Shown: positions 9,677-19,652 of the stretch, one piece after another | How the letters are laid out: the number at the start of each line of letters is the position of its first letter | Numbering within the stretch: position 1 is the stretch's first letter | Source: a virus | Lineage: Duplodnaviria > Caudoviricetes | IMG/VR virus record: IMGVR_UViG_2757320360_000002 | Span: 1,328 to 65,327 of that record | Reading direction: 5' to 3' (one strand) | DNA: 64,000 nt | Program-made: the position numbers and the translations under genes | The notes under the pieces: model-generated | The model's database searches: none | What the model was told of the DNA's origin: nothing | The model's input: the letters and a program-made list of their open reading frames with translations, nothing else

Positions 9677-12600
9677 TTCGAATACTCCTCTTGTTTTCCC
9701 CACACATCGGACTTGGTTGATTTTTCGACACCTGCCACGACGGTCTTGGCCGCTTTGTCGTTCGATTCGACGGTGCCTCGGATCAAGGCACCGGTCTGCT
9801 TGTCTTGATCGGCGCGCAGCCCTTTGACCTCTTCCCGCAGGCCCTTGATCTCAGCCACCAGGGCGTCGGTGTTGCCGCCGCCCTGGCTCGGTGCGCCGCC
9901 GAAGTAGCGGCGCATGGCAGAGGCAGCTTGCGCATCCACCACCACTTCACCGCGGTGAAGCTCGGCCGCGTAGCCATCAAACGGTACGTTGGCCAGGCCG
10001 CCGGAATGGGAACCGTCGAACTTGACGCCCAGCCCAGTGGCCGTGCCCATCGCCGCATGCAGGTTGGCGATGGCTTGCGCCACCGTCAGCACGCTGTCGT
10101 TGATGGTGATCAGGCCCGACACCTGGGCCTTGAGGGCATCCAGGCTGGCCTGCTGCACGTCGACCTGCGCCGAGGCCCATTTCAATGCCTCTTCATTGGC
10201 CGCCAGCACGCGGGCGTAATCTGCCGTGTAGCGGGCGTCCGAAGCGTTGACCACCTGTGAGGCAGCCAAAAAGGCTTGCTCGACACTATCCAGCTTTGAT
10301 CTCGCTGTCGTGTCGCCCGCATTTGCCGCCGCCAGGGTCTTCTCGAACTGGACCCGCGCTTCGGCATATTTCTGCTGCGGCGTCAGGATGGACTGGCTGC
10401 CCAAGGCCATGCTGGCGTTCAGGCCGTTGAGGGTGTCCACCCACGACTTCGATTTATCCAGCGCCGTTTGGGCCGCTGCAGCCTCTCTGTCGTAGGCCTT
10501 GCCCAATGCGTCCTTGGCTGATACCACGGCTTTGGCCGCCTGCACCTGGTCGAAGAGCGCCTTATTGACGTCGGCGATGCCAGCGCGCTGAATGGCCAGC
10601 AACGCCGTTTCACTTTTCGTCAATTCGTTCAACTGCTGCAGCAAGTCCTTGCGCTCGCTGGCGATTTCGCTGGCAGTCTTGTTCACTGCTGCGAGGTCGC
10701 CGGTGGCAGCCGCCAGCTCAGCCGCGTAGTCAGCTGCTTTCTTGAACGGCTCAGCGATGGCGATCAGCTGCGCATACATCGCCTGGCCAGCGGCCGTGTT
10801 CAGGTCCTGCGCCAGCACCAGGGCCTTGAACTGGTCGACCGTGGTCACGCCTGAAACGCCCAACTTGCCCATGGCATCGTTCACCGACTTGGTGATCGGC
10901 GCCATGCGTTCCGCTTCCGTCAGGAAGTTCTCGACGAAATAGCCGGTATTGGTCGTCAACGCCTCCAGGCCGCCGGTCGCCAAGATCAGGCTTTCGCTGA
11001 GCGCCACAGCGCCCAGGCCGGTGGTGTTGAAGGACTTGCCCAGGACGGCCAGCACGTCGGACACCTGCATGAAATCATTGGTGACGCGCACCAGCGTTTC
11101 CAGATAACCCTCGCCGACAGCCTGGTATTGCGCCAGCCCAGCCACGCCGAACTTGGCCATGTCGTCGCCCATCTTGGAAAACGCCGTCTCCAGGGCTTTC
11201 TGCTGCTCTTCGCCCGACAAGTCCTTCAGCGAGATCTTGCCCAGGTCCACCACGAACGAATTGAGGTGCGCATTGAACGCAGCACCACCCAGGCCCAGCA
11301 CGTCGGCTGCGCTGCGGATGGTGTCGCCCATGCTGGTGATGATCATGGTGAACTGGTCGTTCATTTCGTCCGACAGCGCAGCCGTTTTGGTGCTGTCCTT
11401 GCTGCTGTAGCTGATGCCGAACGCCTTCTTTTTGACGTTGATGTCGGCATACGCCTGGGCATTGAAGCCCAGCGCGTCGACGTTGCCCAGCGATGTGGCC
11501 GCGCCCGTGATCCCGGAGTCCTTGACCGACACGGTCGTTTTGATCAATTTCGACACCACAAAACCGATGGCGGCACCGATGGCCATGCCGATGGGGCCGG
11601 CGACTGCGCCCATCATGGTCAGGCTGCTGCCGATGGTGCCCATGGTCATGGCGCCGGCAATACTGCCGCCCAGCACAGCGCCGCCATACGTCGCAGCACC
11701 CGTCAACACGCCTTGTCCGACCTTACCCAACGTGGGCGTGCTGCCGGTGGCGATGCCCGCCGTCGCGCCAGCGCCGGCGGCGGTGATACCCGAGCGCGCC
11801 AGCAGGTTGCCCAGGTTACCGATGCCGGCCACCATCTGTTTCAGTGACTGGTCCATCGAAATGGTGTGCGCCAGGCCCAGGCCGGAGTTCTTCTCCATGA
11901 TGGCCAGGCTGTGTGCGATCGATTCCGATTTCGCGGATGAGTCGCCCAGGATGGATCCGGTACCGGTGGCGGCCTGGCGATCCTTGGCAGTCGTGTCCGA
12001 TCCACTGCCACCAGAGACGGCGAAGCCCAGGGCCGCCATCGCAGCTGCCATCGCCGCCATGCGAATCCAGGCACTGTACGGATCGCCCTGAGCCTGGGTT
12101 GCAACTGCCACCGCTGCAGCGGACGTGCCTTTGACGGTATCGGCAGTCAGCTGCGTCGCCACGCCGGCTTGAACCGCAGCCGCTTTTGCCGCCTCGCCGC
12201 CCACCGTAGCTGTCGTGACAGCGGAAACGGTGAACAGTTTTTTCACCATCGACTCAATCGCCATCGCCATTTCCACGGCACGATAGGCTTTTTCCGCCCC
12301 TTCCAATGCACGGTAGCCGGCGGTGTTTTCCTTGAAGAAGCCCTTGGCGGCGCTGGCCATGTCTCCATAAGACTTGATCTGCGCCTGCGCGCCCTGCTGG
12401 GCCGCAGCGGCCTGGGCTTTGGCGACTTTGGTCGGGTCACCATACGCATCTTTAGTAGCAGCGGCCAACTGCGCAGCGATAGCCTGCTGCTGCACGGCAT
12501 AGCCAGACAAGGCCGTCGTCAGCCCACCGATGGCAGTGCCAACCGCGCCGAACGACGCAGCCATGCCTTGCGCTGCCGACTTCGTTGCAGTGTCAACAGC

Positions 12601-15261
12601 CGTCAGGATATCCAGCAGCTCTTTGGCCTTGGCCACGTCGCCGCCCTGCTCTTGCGTCGAAGCCCTGCCTTGCACGATGCCAAGGCGTTTCATCGCTTCA
12701 ATCTTGCGATTGATGCCATCGATGACCTTCTCATTGCCCTCGAAACTTGCAAGAGCAGCTTTTTGCTCTTCAAGGTCAGCGACAGCCAGTGCCGTCTTGG
12801 CCGCCGGCAGCATGCCGTATGTACGGATCTGCTCTTCGACGGCAGCGACTTGCGCGTTGATGCTGGCGATTTCCTTGTTCGCAGCATCGGCGGCTGCCGT
12901 CGCGGTTGCCGCCTGGCGCAGGCGCTCTTCCTCGTCGCGGGTAAAGCTTGCATCGAAGAATGCCTTCTCTGTCGCATCTAGCTTGCCGCTAATTTCGTTT
13001 AATTCTTTTGCATGCTTTGCCTTTTCTTCCTTTGTTGCGCTGTTGTGGTTATTCAATGCGTCGATTTGAAGTTGATAAGCGTCAATCTCTGCCTCGTAGG
13101 TTTTTAGCGCGTAGTCGCGCTTGTTCGCGTAGGCCTGCTGAGCCGACAGCTCGCCACCCTTGAGGTACATGTCATCAAGCTTGCCCAGGGCATCGTAGTG
13201 GGCTTTGGAAGTCGCGGCTTCCTTCGCGTACTGCTTGATCTGGTCGGCGAGCTGCGTGTTTTCGACCTGGTCGGCTTTTGGCTTTGGCTCGCGGCCTTCG
13301 GTATCGCGATAGGTGGGCGTGCCGACATAGGTTTTCTCGTAAAGAGCGAGAACTTTCTTGCGCGCCGATTCTTGAGCGACCGCGCCTTCTGATGCTGATT
13401 TCAGGAGAATGTCTGACGCGGCTTTGGCATAGTCTGCATCTACCTTCAAACGCGCGTCGGCTTCCGATTTGCGCCTTGCTGTCCGGGTTGCATTGCGCTC
13501 TGTCTCTGCGATCGCAAATCTATCGAACTCACCTGTTAGTTTGGCCTGATGACTCACATAGTCGACATACTCTTGCGCCAACTCGCTTTGCAAGCCTGAC
13601 TCAATTCGCGCCGCGCGACGCACGCGCTCCGGCTCTTGAATTGAGCTGTCGGCATCATTTGCCCGCGCCTGGAGGCGAAACTTGCCCACCAGGTTGTCGC
13701 GCGCCTCACGGTGATCTGCCCATGCCCACGCTTTAACCAACACTGTATTTGCATTGCTTACAGTATTCGCAAGCCAAACAAAGGTCGCGGCAAGGTTATG
13801 CCCCCAATCCTCTAATTGATTGTTTTTAGATAACTCGCTTACCTCTCCGTTGGCATCTTTCAGGGAGCGCGTAAGTGCCATCACAGAAACGGTGAGCACT
13901 TCGTTGAACGTTTCGCCAAAGCGTGTTTTCAAGTCCGTAACGTAGCGTTGCATCGAAGTGATCTGCTTACCGGCTGTATCCATACTTGCGGCATAGGTCC
14001 CAGCAATATCGGAACCGCGATCAATCACAGCATTAAGACGCGCCTGCACGCGCTCGTTCTCCGTCAGCTCCTTGGTGGTCTTGCCTAGCTCATCGGCCAT
14101 CTGGCGATATGCGCTTTGCAAGTTCACGTTAATACCGATATTCCGCAAGATCAGCACGTTGCCCCGCGCGATACCATTGACCAGGCGATCAAATGCGTCG
14201 GAAGAATTCAGGTGTCCGATTACCGCCGCATCTTGGGCAATGCGCGCCAGCACGGTGGCGTTTTTCAGGTCTACGTGCGCCTGCACCAGCTTGACGGCCG
14301 ACTCGCGCGACTCGATCATCGTGATGCCCTGCGCCGCGATTGCCTCCGTGGCGGTGATCATCTGCGTCTTGGTATATCCAGCATTGCGGCCCACTACTGT
14401 CATCACGACGCCAAGAGTCTCATACCGTGCCGCCAGGAGAGCCGTTTCCTTCACGTAATCCCATACCTTCAACGCTGCATACGCCGCGCCAAGCATTTTG
14501 AGTCCATCAGCGAGAACGCCGGACGAGCGTGCCGCATCCTCTTTTGCCTTGACGGCGGCTTTGAGCGCATCCTCATGCGCCTTGATTGTTGCAATTGCTC
14601 GCTGTGTCTCTTGAGTGACGCCCATCTGCGCAGCCTGGTAGGCAAGCAGCTGGGTGCGGCTCATGCCAATCGTGGCCGCCTGTTCACGCATGCGCTCGAT
14701 CAGTTGCTGCTGGCCCAGCGTCAATTGCGTGGTCGAGCCGCCCAGCGCCTGCGTGGCCTGGGCCGCCAGGCGCGCCTGCTCGGCCTGCGCACGCATGATT
14801 TTGGACGTATCATCCATCTGGCCATTGCTGATGGCTGCACGTTGGCCGGTGCGCTGCGTGGCATCGCCGAGCGCTTCGACGCTTTTGGCGGCATCGCTGC
14901 CGCGGCGCCACACACCGGCCGACGAATTGGTGAAGTTGTCCAGCGCGCTGACGCCCTCGGTCGATGTCGAGCGCACGCGCGCCGTCGCCGCGCTCAGCGA
15001 ATCAACGGACGTGGTCGCGCCACTAACCTTTGGCGCAACGCGCGCACCCGCATCACCCAGCGCATCGACAGCCGCAGCACCTTCAGTTGCCTTAGCCTTG
15101 GCGCCAGCGCTGGCCTCGCCCAACTTGTCAACGGCAGCAGTGGCGCCAGCAGTCTTCTGCTCGACTCGCACCGCCGCCTCGCCGAGGGAATCCAGGGCTT
15201 TGCTGCCCTCGACAACCTGGCGCGTATCGATGGAAAGTCCAAGTTGGGCGATATCAGGCAT
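9673..15261 (-). CDS. Tape measure protein
   Basis: 1862 aa, Ala-rich helical, MPDIAQLGLSIDT start, follows tail chaperones. Confidence 0.95.
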   Translation of the reverse strand: MPDIAQLGLSIDTRQVVEGSKALDSLGEAAVRVEQKTAGATAAVDKLGEASAGAKAKATEGAAAVDALGDAGARVAPKVSGATTSVDSLSAATARVRSTSTEGVSALDNFTNSSAGVWRRGSDAAKSVEALGDATQRTGQRAAISNGQMDDTSKIMRAQAEQARLAAQATQALGGSTTQLTLGQQQLIERMREQAATIGMSRTQLLAYQAAQMGVTQETQRAIATIKAHEDALKAAVKAKEDAARSSGVLADGLKMLGAAYAALKVWDYVKETALLAARYETLGVVMTVVGRNAGYTKTQMITATEAIAAQGITMIESRESAVKLVQAHVDLKNATVLARIAQDAAVIGHLNSSDAFDRLVNGIARGNVLILRNIGINVNLQSAYRQMADELGKTTKELTENERVQARLNAVIDRGSDIAGTYAASMDTAGKQITSMQRYVTDLKTRFGETFNEVLTVSVMALTRSLKDANGEVSELSKNNQLEDWGHNLAATFVWLANTVSNANTVLVKAWAWADHREARDNLVGKFRLQARANDADSSIQEPERVRRAARIESGLQSELAQEYVDYVSHQAKLTGEFDRFAIAETERNATRTARRKSEADARLKVDADYAKAASDILLKSASEGAVAQESARKKVLALYEKTYVGTPTYRDTEGREPKPKADQVENTQLADQIKQYAKEAATSKAHYDALGKLDDMYLKGGELSAQQAYANKRDYALKTYEAEIDAYQLQIDALNNHNSATKEEKAKHAKELNEISGKLDATEKAFFDASFTRDEEERLRQAATATAAADAANKEIASINAQVAAVEEQIRTYGMLPAAKTALAVADLEEQKAALASFEGNEKVIDGINRKIEAMKRLGIVQGRASTQEQGGDVAKAKELLDILTAVDTATKSAAQGMAASFGAVGTAIGGLTTALSGYAVQQQAIAAQLAAATKDAYGDPTKVAKAQAAAAQQGAQAQIKSYGDMASAAKGFFKENTAGYRALEGAEKAYRAVEMAMAIESMVKKLFTVSAVTTATVGGEAAKAAAVQAGVATQLTADTVKGTSAAAVAVATQAQGDPYSAWIRMAAMAAAMAALGFAVSGGSGSDTTAKDRQAATGTGSILGDSSAKSESIAHSLAIMEKNSGLGLAHTISMDQSLKQMVAGIGNLGNLLARSGITAAGAGATAGIATGSTPTLGKVGQGVLTGAATYGGAVLGGSIAGAMTMGTIGSSLTMMGAVAGPIGMAIGAAIGFVVSKLIKTTVSVKDSGITGAATSLGNVDALGFNAQAYADINVKKKAFGISYSSKDSTKTAALSDEMNDQFTMIITSMGDTIRSAADVLGLGGAAFNAHLNSFVVDLGKISLKDLSGEEQQKALETAFSKMGDDMAKFGVAGLAQYQAVGEGYLETLVRVTNDFMQVSDVLAVLGKSFNTTGLGAVALSESLILATGGLEALTTNTGYFVENFLTEAERMAPITKSVNDAMGKLGVSGVTTVDQFKALVLAQDLNTAAGQAMYAQLIAIAEPFKKAADYAAELAAATGDLAAVNKTASEIASERKDLLQQLNELTKSETALLAIQRAGIADVNKALFDQVQAAKAVVSAKDALGKAYDREAAAAQTALDKSKSWVDTLNGLNASMALGSQSILTPQQKYAEARVQFEKTLAAANAGDTTARSKLDSVEQAFLAASQVVNASDARYTADYARVLAANEEALKWASAQVDVQQASLDALKAQVSGLITINDSVLTVAQAIANLHAAMGTATGLGVKFDGSHSGGLANVPFDGYAAELHRGEVVVDAQAASAMRRYFGGAPSQGGGNTDALVAEIKGLREEVKGLRADQDKQTGALIRGTVESNDKAAKTVVAGVEKSTKSDVWGKQEEYSK

Positions 15262-15618
15262 TTATTTGTCCTTCTTGTTTTGGTGATAAATGAACAGCGC
15301 ATCAAGGCGATCGATGGCGGCTTCTTCGAACGGATCGAAGCGGATGCCGTGGCGCACCTGCCAGGCCAATATCTCGGTGCTGGTCAGCGAATTCACAGCC
15401 ATGCCGCACTGGCGTTTCTGGTTCAGCTGGGTGAACCAGGCCCAGATATAGGCCAGTTCGGGCGGCAACTGCGGCACCGCCGACGCCTCGGGCGCCCGAT
15501 AAAGCGGGTTTTGCCGGGCGGTGTCCAGGTGATCGCCCTTCGCGTTGCCGTCGCCTGCCGCTGCCGCACGATCAAACAGGTGATCGGCGTACAGCAGCAG
15601 GGCCTGGATTAGACCTTC
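15262..15618 (-). CDS. Frameshift-read extension of tail assembly chaperone (gpGT-type)
   Basis: -1 frame is open from the slippery site to the stop at 15262: EGLIQALLLYADHLFD..PQLPPELAYIWAWF..EEAAIDRLD. Confidence 0.85.
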   Translation of the reverse strand, partial: EGLIQALLLYADHLFDRAAAAGDGNAKGDHLDTARQNPLYRAPEASAVPQLPPELAYIWAWFTQLNQKRQCGMAVNSLTSTEILAWQVRHGIRFDPFEEAAIDRLDALFIYHQNKKDK

Positions 15619-16082
15619 AAAAAATTGACGTCGTTTTCCAGGGCGGTCGTCACGCGGTCCTGCCAGGTCGGATACTTGTCGAACGCAGCGGCGATCATGT
15701 CCTTGTCGAACGCAGCCGGTGCGCCGTTGCTGGTGAAGCCGTACCAGTCGACGGCCACGGCCACGGCCAGGCGCTTCTGGTTGTCATCGATGACGTGCAC
15801 CAGCTGATCTGCACCCTCATCCGTCGAGGCATCGATGGCGGTCTTGCGCTTAGCCGACTTCTTGTAGCCTTCGGCGCGCACGGCGTGGCTTTCCTTGCGG
15901 TACTCGTCGGAATTCTTGCCGACGATCTTGATGCCGGCCACGGGCTCGCCGTCGGCGTCGAAGATCACGGGCACGTCGAAGGTCACGCGCGCGGCAGGCG
16001 CGGACAGGTTGGAGATATCGAAGCCAGCGACGGCCAGGGCTTGAGCGGTGTTCAGGACTGCAGGTGCTTTGGTGGTATTCAT
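15609..16082 (-). CDS. Tail assembly chaperone (gpG-type)
   Basis: Between major tail protein and TMP; ends ENDVNFLKV over the slippery site. Confidence 0.85.
   Translation of the reverse strand: MNTTKAPAVLNTAQALAVAGFDISNLSAPAARVTFDVPVIFDADGEPVAGIKIVGKNSDEYRKESHAVRAEGYKKSAKRKTAIDASTDEGADQLVHVIDDNQKRLAVAVAVDWYGFTSNGAPAAFDKDMIAAAFDKYPTWQDRVTTALENDVNFLKV
15618..15624 (-). other. -1 programmed ribosomal frameshift heptamer T TTT TTG
   Basis: Codons AAT TTT TTG put the X XXY YYZ heptamer in the correct phase. Confidence 0.85.
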
Positions 16083-16212
16083 GGGTAGTGCCTTTCGTGG
16101 GTAATAAACAATGCCCGTGCCGGCCGCCGCGCCCACGAAGGCGACAGCGACCGGTCGGTGCTGGGGTTGGCTTGCGCCAAAAAGGAAGCCCGGCGCGTGG
16201 CCGAGCAATGGA

Positions 16213-17415
16213 TTACAGACTGGTGTCTTGGAAGGCCACGGTGGTTGCTTCGTGCTGCGCGTCAGCGCCCTGGTAACGCAGGATGTCGAAAGCGCAAGTG
16301 ATAATTTTGTTTTTCTCGCCATCATCGACCTTGGCCGAGGTGATCTTGATGCGGCCCATGGCGATCGCCATGACTTCGGCCAGCGGCGCCGTGCTGGCTG
16401 CCATGGCGTAGGCCAACGGGAGTTCGACTTCCTGTTTGAAGTAATCGATGTATGCCGAATCCTGCATCAGCACCGTGAACTGGCCGCTGCCCAGTACCTT
16501 GCCGCGCGAGGCGGCCGTGGCGAACTTGGAACCGATCACCGGATCGATCTTGACTTGGCCATCGAGGGACAGCGACATGCCGGTGCAAATCTGCGACGGG
16601 ATGCCGGCGACCGACAGCATCGCGGTGGCGCCAGAGAACTTGCCGGTACCGGGCGTGGCGGCTGGCGCCGCGAAGTACGCCGCTGGCGTGGTCGCGCCTT
16701 CCAGCTTGCCCATCAGGGTGAAGTCCATGCTCGTGATGCCGTTCGGCTGCACGGCGATATCGACCTTGCTGACCAACTGGTCGATGAAGCAGCGGTTGAC
16801 GGCGATGCCCGGATCCTGAACTTCCGCGGTGAACCAGTCCGTGGTGTGCCCGGTCAGTGGCGTGAAGCTGCGCTTGCCGGTCGCGGTCACGGTCACAGGA
16901 TCGCCGGCGGCTTTGACCGTCATCGCCGAGCCGTCCATGAACTGACCTGCCAATACCAAGGCAGTCACCGAGGTCACGAAGAAATTCTTACCGTTGTTGG
17001 CGGTGCCAGTGGTCAGCAGGCCGCTGATGCGCACCACGGTACCGGCGCGGTGGCCGTCGGCCAACCAGGAGCCAGCGGTGCGCGTCAGGCCCGTTGCGCC
17101 CGATGCGACCGTATTCTGCGCCGTGGTGACGCCTCCAGCGGTGAAGTCGCGACGCAGCAGCGCGGCCAGCAACGCGGTGTAGGTGCCGCAGCTCGCCTCG
17201 CCCTTGATGGCGCCGGAGGTGCGGAAGTTGCCCAGGCGGGTATCGCTCTGTTGCTGGCTCGGGTCAATCTCATTGCTCGAGTACTTGTCGGCGTCCGTGT
17301 CGAACGTCGCGGTCACGCGTGGATAGAGACGGCCGGCGGCGGCCAGCGCCTTCGTGCCTTCCGCTGTTTGCTTGCCGATAACGAGGAGGCTGTCGATTCC
17401 GTTTGCAGTGGTCAT
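16213..17415 (-). CDS. Major tail (tube) protein
   Basis: 400 aa, SNEI..D.R.G..G.I.GE motif, position after tail terminator. Confidence 0.85.
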   Translation of the reverse strand: MTTANGIDSLLVIGKQTAEGTKALAAAGRLYPRVTATFDTDADKYSSNEIDPSQQQSDTRLGNFRTSGAIKGEASCGTYTALLAALLRRDFTAGGVTTAQNTVASGATGLTRTAGSWLADGHRAGTVVRISGLLTTGTANNGKNFFVTSVTALVLAGQFMDGSAMTVKAAGDPVTVTATGKRSFTPLTGHTTDWFTAEVQDPGIAVNRCFIDQLVSKVDIAVQPNGITSMDFTLMGKLEGATTPAAYFAAPAATPGTGKFSGATAMLSVAGIPSQICTGMSLSLDGQVKIDPVIGSKFATAASRGKVLGSGQFTVLMQDSAYIDYFKQEVELPLAYAMAASTAPLAEVMAIAMGRIKITSAKVDDGEKNKIITCAFDILRYQGADAQHEATTVAFQDTSL

Positions 17416-17440
17416 GGTGTGGATTGCCTTTCTTTGGTCG

Positions 17441-17464
17441 AAAAAAAAGACCGCCGAGGCGATC
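17441..17464 (-). terminator. Probable intrinsic terminator upstream of major tail gene
   Basis: Minus strand GATCGC-ctcg-GCGGTC followed by T8. Confidence 0.55.
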
Positions 17465-17482
17465 TATGTGGGGTGATGCGGG

Positions 17483-17884
17483 TTACAGGTTGCAAAAATA
17501 CCTGATCTTGACAGGGACCATCCAGCGATCACTGTCCTCGCGGCCGTCGGCGATTTCAGGCGTGCGCTCGATCTGCACGGTCACATCGCCCTTCGTGAAG
17601 CTAGCGCCGCGGCGGAACAGCTCCTTGATCATTTCAGCGCGCGCGCCGGCGGCAGCAGTCCCCTGCCCCGGCGGATACAGCAAGCTGACCTGGAAGATGC
17701 CACGCTCCTGGCGCGAGCCGTCGCCCAAGGAATGATTGTCCGGTTCCGCCGGCAGCAAATAGGCCGCTTGATACGCTCGGCCGGTGACTGGCGTGTACGG
17801 CACGTTCTGCCAAGCGGTGTCGATGGCTGGCGCGAGGCTGGCCAGGGCCGCCTCCAGCGCCGCTCGTATTGTTGGTTGGCTCAT
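17483..17884 (-). CDS. Tail terminator protein (DUF4128-like)
   Basis: IRAALE..AWQNV..GIFQVSL..V.I.Y pattern; neck position. Confidence 0.75.
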   Translation of the reverse strand: MSQPTIRAALEAALASLAPAIDTAWQNVPYTPVTGRAYQAAYLLPAEPDNHSLGDGSRQERGIFQVSLLYPPGQGTAAAGARAEMIKELFRRGASFTKGDVTVQIERTPEIADGREDSDRWMVPVKIRYFCNL

Positions 17885-18378
17885 AATTTATAGCTCGAAT
17901 AGCCTTGGGCGAACTCGCTTGCGGTAGTGCCATCGCGCACGCCGTTCACAGCATTGTCCACAATGGTGCGGAATTCCACGACCGTCAGCATCACCACGCC
18001 GACGGGCGCCTGGCGGGACCAGCCCTCCTCGATGCGCTTCGCATAGGGCAGGTTGTTCACGAGATAGATCACGTCGCCCGCCTTCGCCGCACTGATCGTG
18101 CTGCCGTGGGCGGCGATTGTGGCGCTGCCGTCCTTGTCGATCAGGTCGCGCACGCCAGCGGTCGGCGAGCCGATGGAAAGTTGCCAGTTGGCGCGGAAGC
18201 GGCCGCCTGTGTAGCCTGGTGGCGGTTTGTGCTTCCAGTATTTGGCGTCACCGACCGGCGAGCGCTGCACCAGCTTGTTGTCGATCTTCATGGTGATGGC
18301 GCGCACCACCAGATCCTGGTTGGCCTTCGTCTTGGCGATGAACTCGGCAATCTGCATCGAAAACGATATGTTCGCCAT
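17881..18378 (-). CDS. HK97 gp10-like tail completion protein
   Basis: SPV..GRFRANW..IYLVNNLPYAKRIEEGWSRQAP.G motif. Confidence 0.85.
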   Translation of the reverse strand: MANISFSMQIAEFIAKTKANQDLVVRAITMKIDNKLVQRSPVGDAKYWKHKPPPGYTGGRFRANWQLSIGSPTAGVRDLIDKDGSATIAAHGSTISAAKAGDVIYLVNNLPYAKRIEEGWSRQAPVGVVMLTVVEFRTIVDNAVNGVRDGTTASEFAQGYSSYKL

Positions 18379-18752
18379 CAAAGCCCCCGCAGTTGCAGCG
18401 TGTGCAGCACGGCCACATCGACCGGTGCTGTGGTTTCGACGGCCTTCACTGTGTAGCTGGCGCCGCCGAACAGCACCAGATCGGCCGTAGTCGGCGCCGG
18501 CATCGACGCGACGTTGCGCTGCAGCGGCGACAGCAGCAGCTTCTGGTCGCCCGCCTGGATCAGCGTGCCGTCGATGTTCTCGGCCTCGTAGGCGATCTTC
18601 ACGCCCGTTCCTTCGTAGTCGGTGGTGATGGTGGGCGCCATGCCCAAGTCCGGATCGTACGCGCCGGTCACGACCTGGCGCAGCACCACAATGCCGCCCT
18701 TGCGACGCAGGGACTGGTCGGCGCGCGCGGCGGTTTTGCTGTAATCGGTCAT
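18378..18752 (-). CDS. Head closure protein
   Basis: GAYDP..IDGTLIQAGDQKLL motif; neck position. Confidence 0.75.
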   Translation of the reverse strand: MTDYSKTAARADQSLRRKGGIVVLRQVVTGAYDPDLGMAPTITTDYEGTGVKIAYEAENIDGTLIQAGDQKLLLSPLQRNVASMPAPTTADLVLFGGASYTVKAVETTAPVDVAVLHTLQLRGL

Positions 18753-18755
18753 AGC

Positions 18756-19127
18756 CTATGGCGCTTTCAAGTAGTCATACGGCGGCGTCTCCACGAAGCG
18801 CACGGCCTTGATCGTGGTCTTGCCGTCGATCAGGGCGCGCAGCACGCGATGCCAGCCATCCATGATGAAGCCCTGCTGGCACAGAATGATCGGATACTCG
18901 GTGTTGACGTCCAGCGCGCGGCGCACATGATGCGCAATGCCGTAAGCCGATCCCACTGCAGGCCAGACTTCCGACCCGCTGTAGATCGCGGCCAGCGGCA
19001 GGTCGAACGGCACCAAGTCCTTAGCGCGTGCGATCAGGTTGGTGACGATCCACACCTTGTCGCCCTCGCGGTAGGTGTTGTCTGCGACGAAACAACCGTC
19101 GATCTTCACTGCTGGATATGCGCTCAT
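18756..19127 (-). CDS. ParB/Srx-like nuclease-domain protein
   Basis: YPIIL..IMDGWHRVLRAL.DG..TIKAVRF motif. Confidence 0.7.
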   Translation of the reverse strand: MSAYPAVKIDGCFVADNTYREGDKVWIVTNLIARAKDLVPFDLPLAAIYSGSEVWPAVGSAYGIAHHVRRALDVNTEYPIILCQQGFIMDGWHRVLRALIDGKTTIKAVRFVETPPYDYLKAP

Positions 19128-19636
19128 CCTCGTATCACCTTGATCGAATTGCCGCCACCGGTCGAGCCGAAGTAAGGCGCCAGCAGCGCGTCCACGGCAA
19201 CGAAGCGCTCGCGCGCATCCGTGGTGTTCTGGAAGTACTCCGTTTCCAGTGGGCCGGTCTTGTCCTTCTTGATAGCGTTCGAGCCTGTATCGAGGTCGGG
19301 CAGCAGCTCCTCGCCGCGGCCGGCGCGCACGGCGAGGTCGATGCAGGCGTGGACCACGTCCGCCGGCACGATGGTACTGGGCACGATGAAGCCGTCGACG
19401 GCCACGTTGTAGCGCGGCCAGTCCAGCGCCTGGTGGTGATACACCCGTCGGCCGGCCCAGCGCGTGCGGTAGGTGGCCATGAAGATCATGGCCTTGCGCA
19501 GCGCGATTTCCTTATCAGCTTCGGCCAGCGCCGCCCAGGCAGTCAGGCCCAGGCTGACACAGCGCACGTCTGCTGCGGCAATGCTGGCGTAGGATTCGGC
19601 GTCAGACAGGCCTGCGCCGGTTTCGATTGTGAGCAT
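19124..19636 (-). CDS. Head-tail adaptor (often labelled DnaT-like ssDNA-binding)
   Basis: ETGAG..AESYAS..QALDWPR..VP.DV..AC.DLA pattern. Confidence 0.75.
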   Translation of the reverse strand: MLTIETGAGLSDAESYASIAAADVRCVSLGLTAWAALAEADKEIALRKAMIFMATYRTRWAGRRVYHHQALDWPRYNVAVDGFIVPSTIVPADVVHACIDLAVRAGRGEELLPDLDTGSNAIKKDKTGPLETEYFQNTTDARERFVAVDALLAPYFGSTGGGNSIKVIRG

Positions 19637-19652
19637 GTGGATCCTTAAAATT

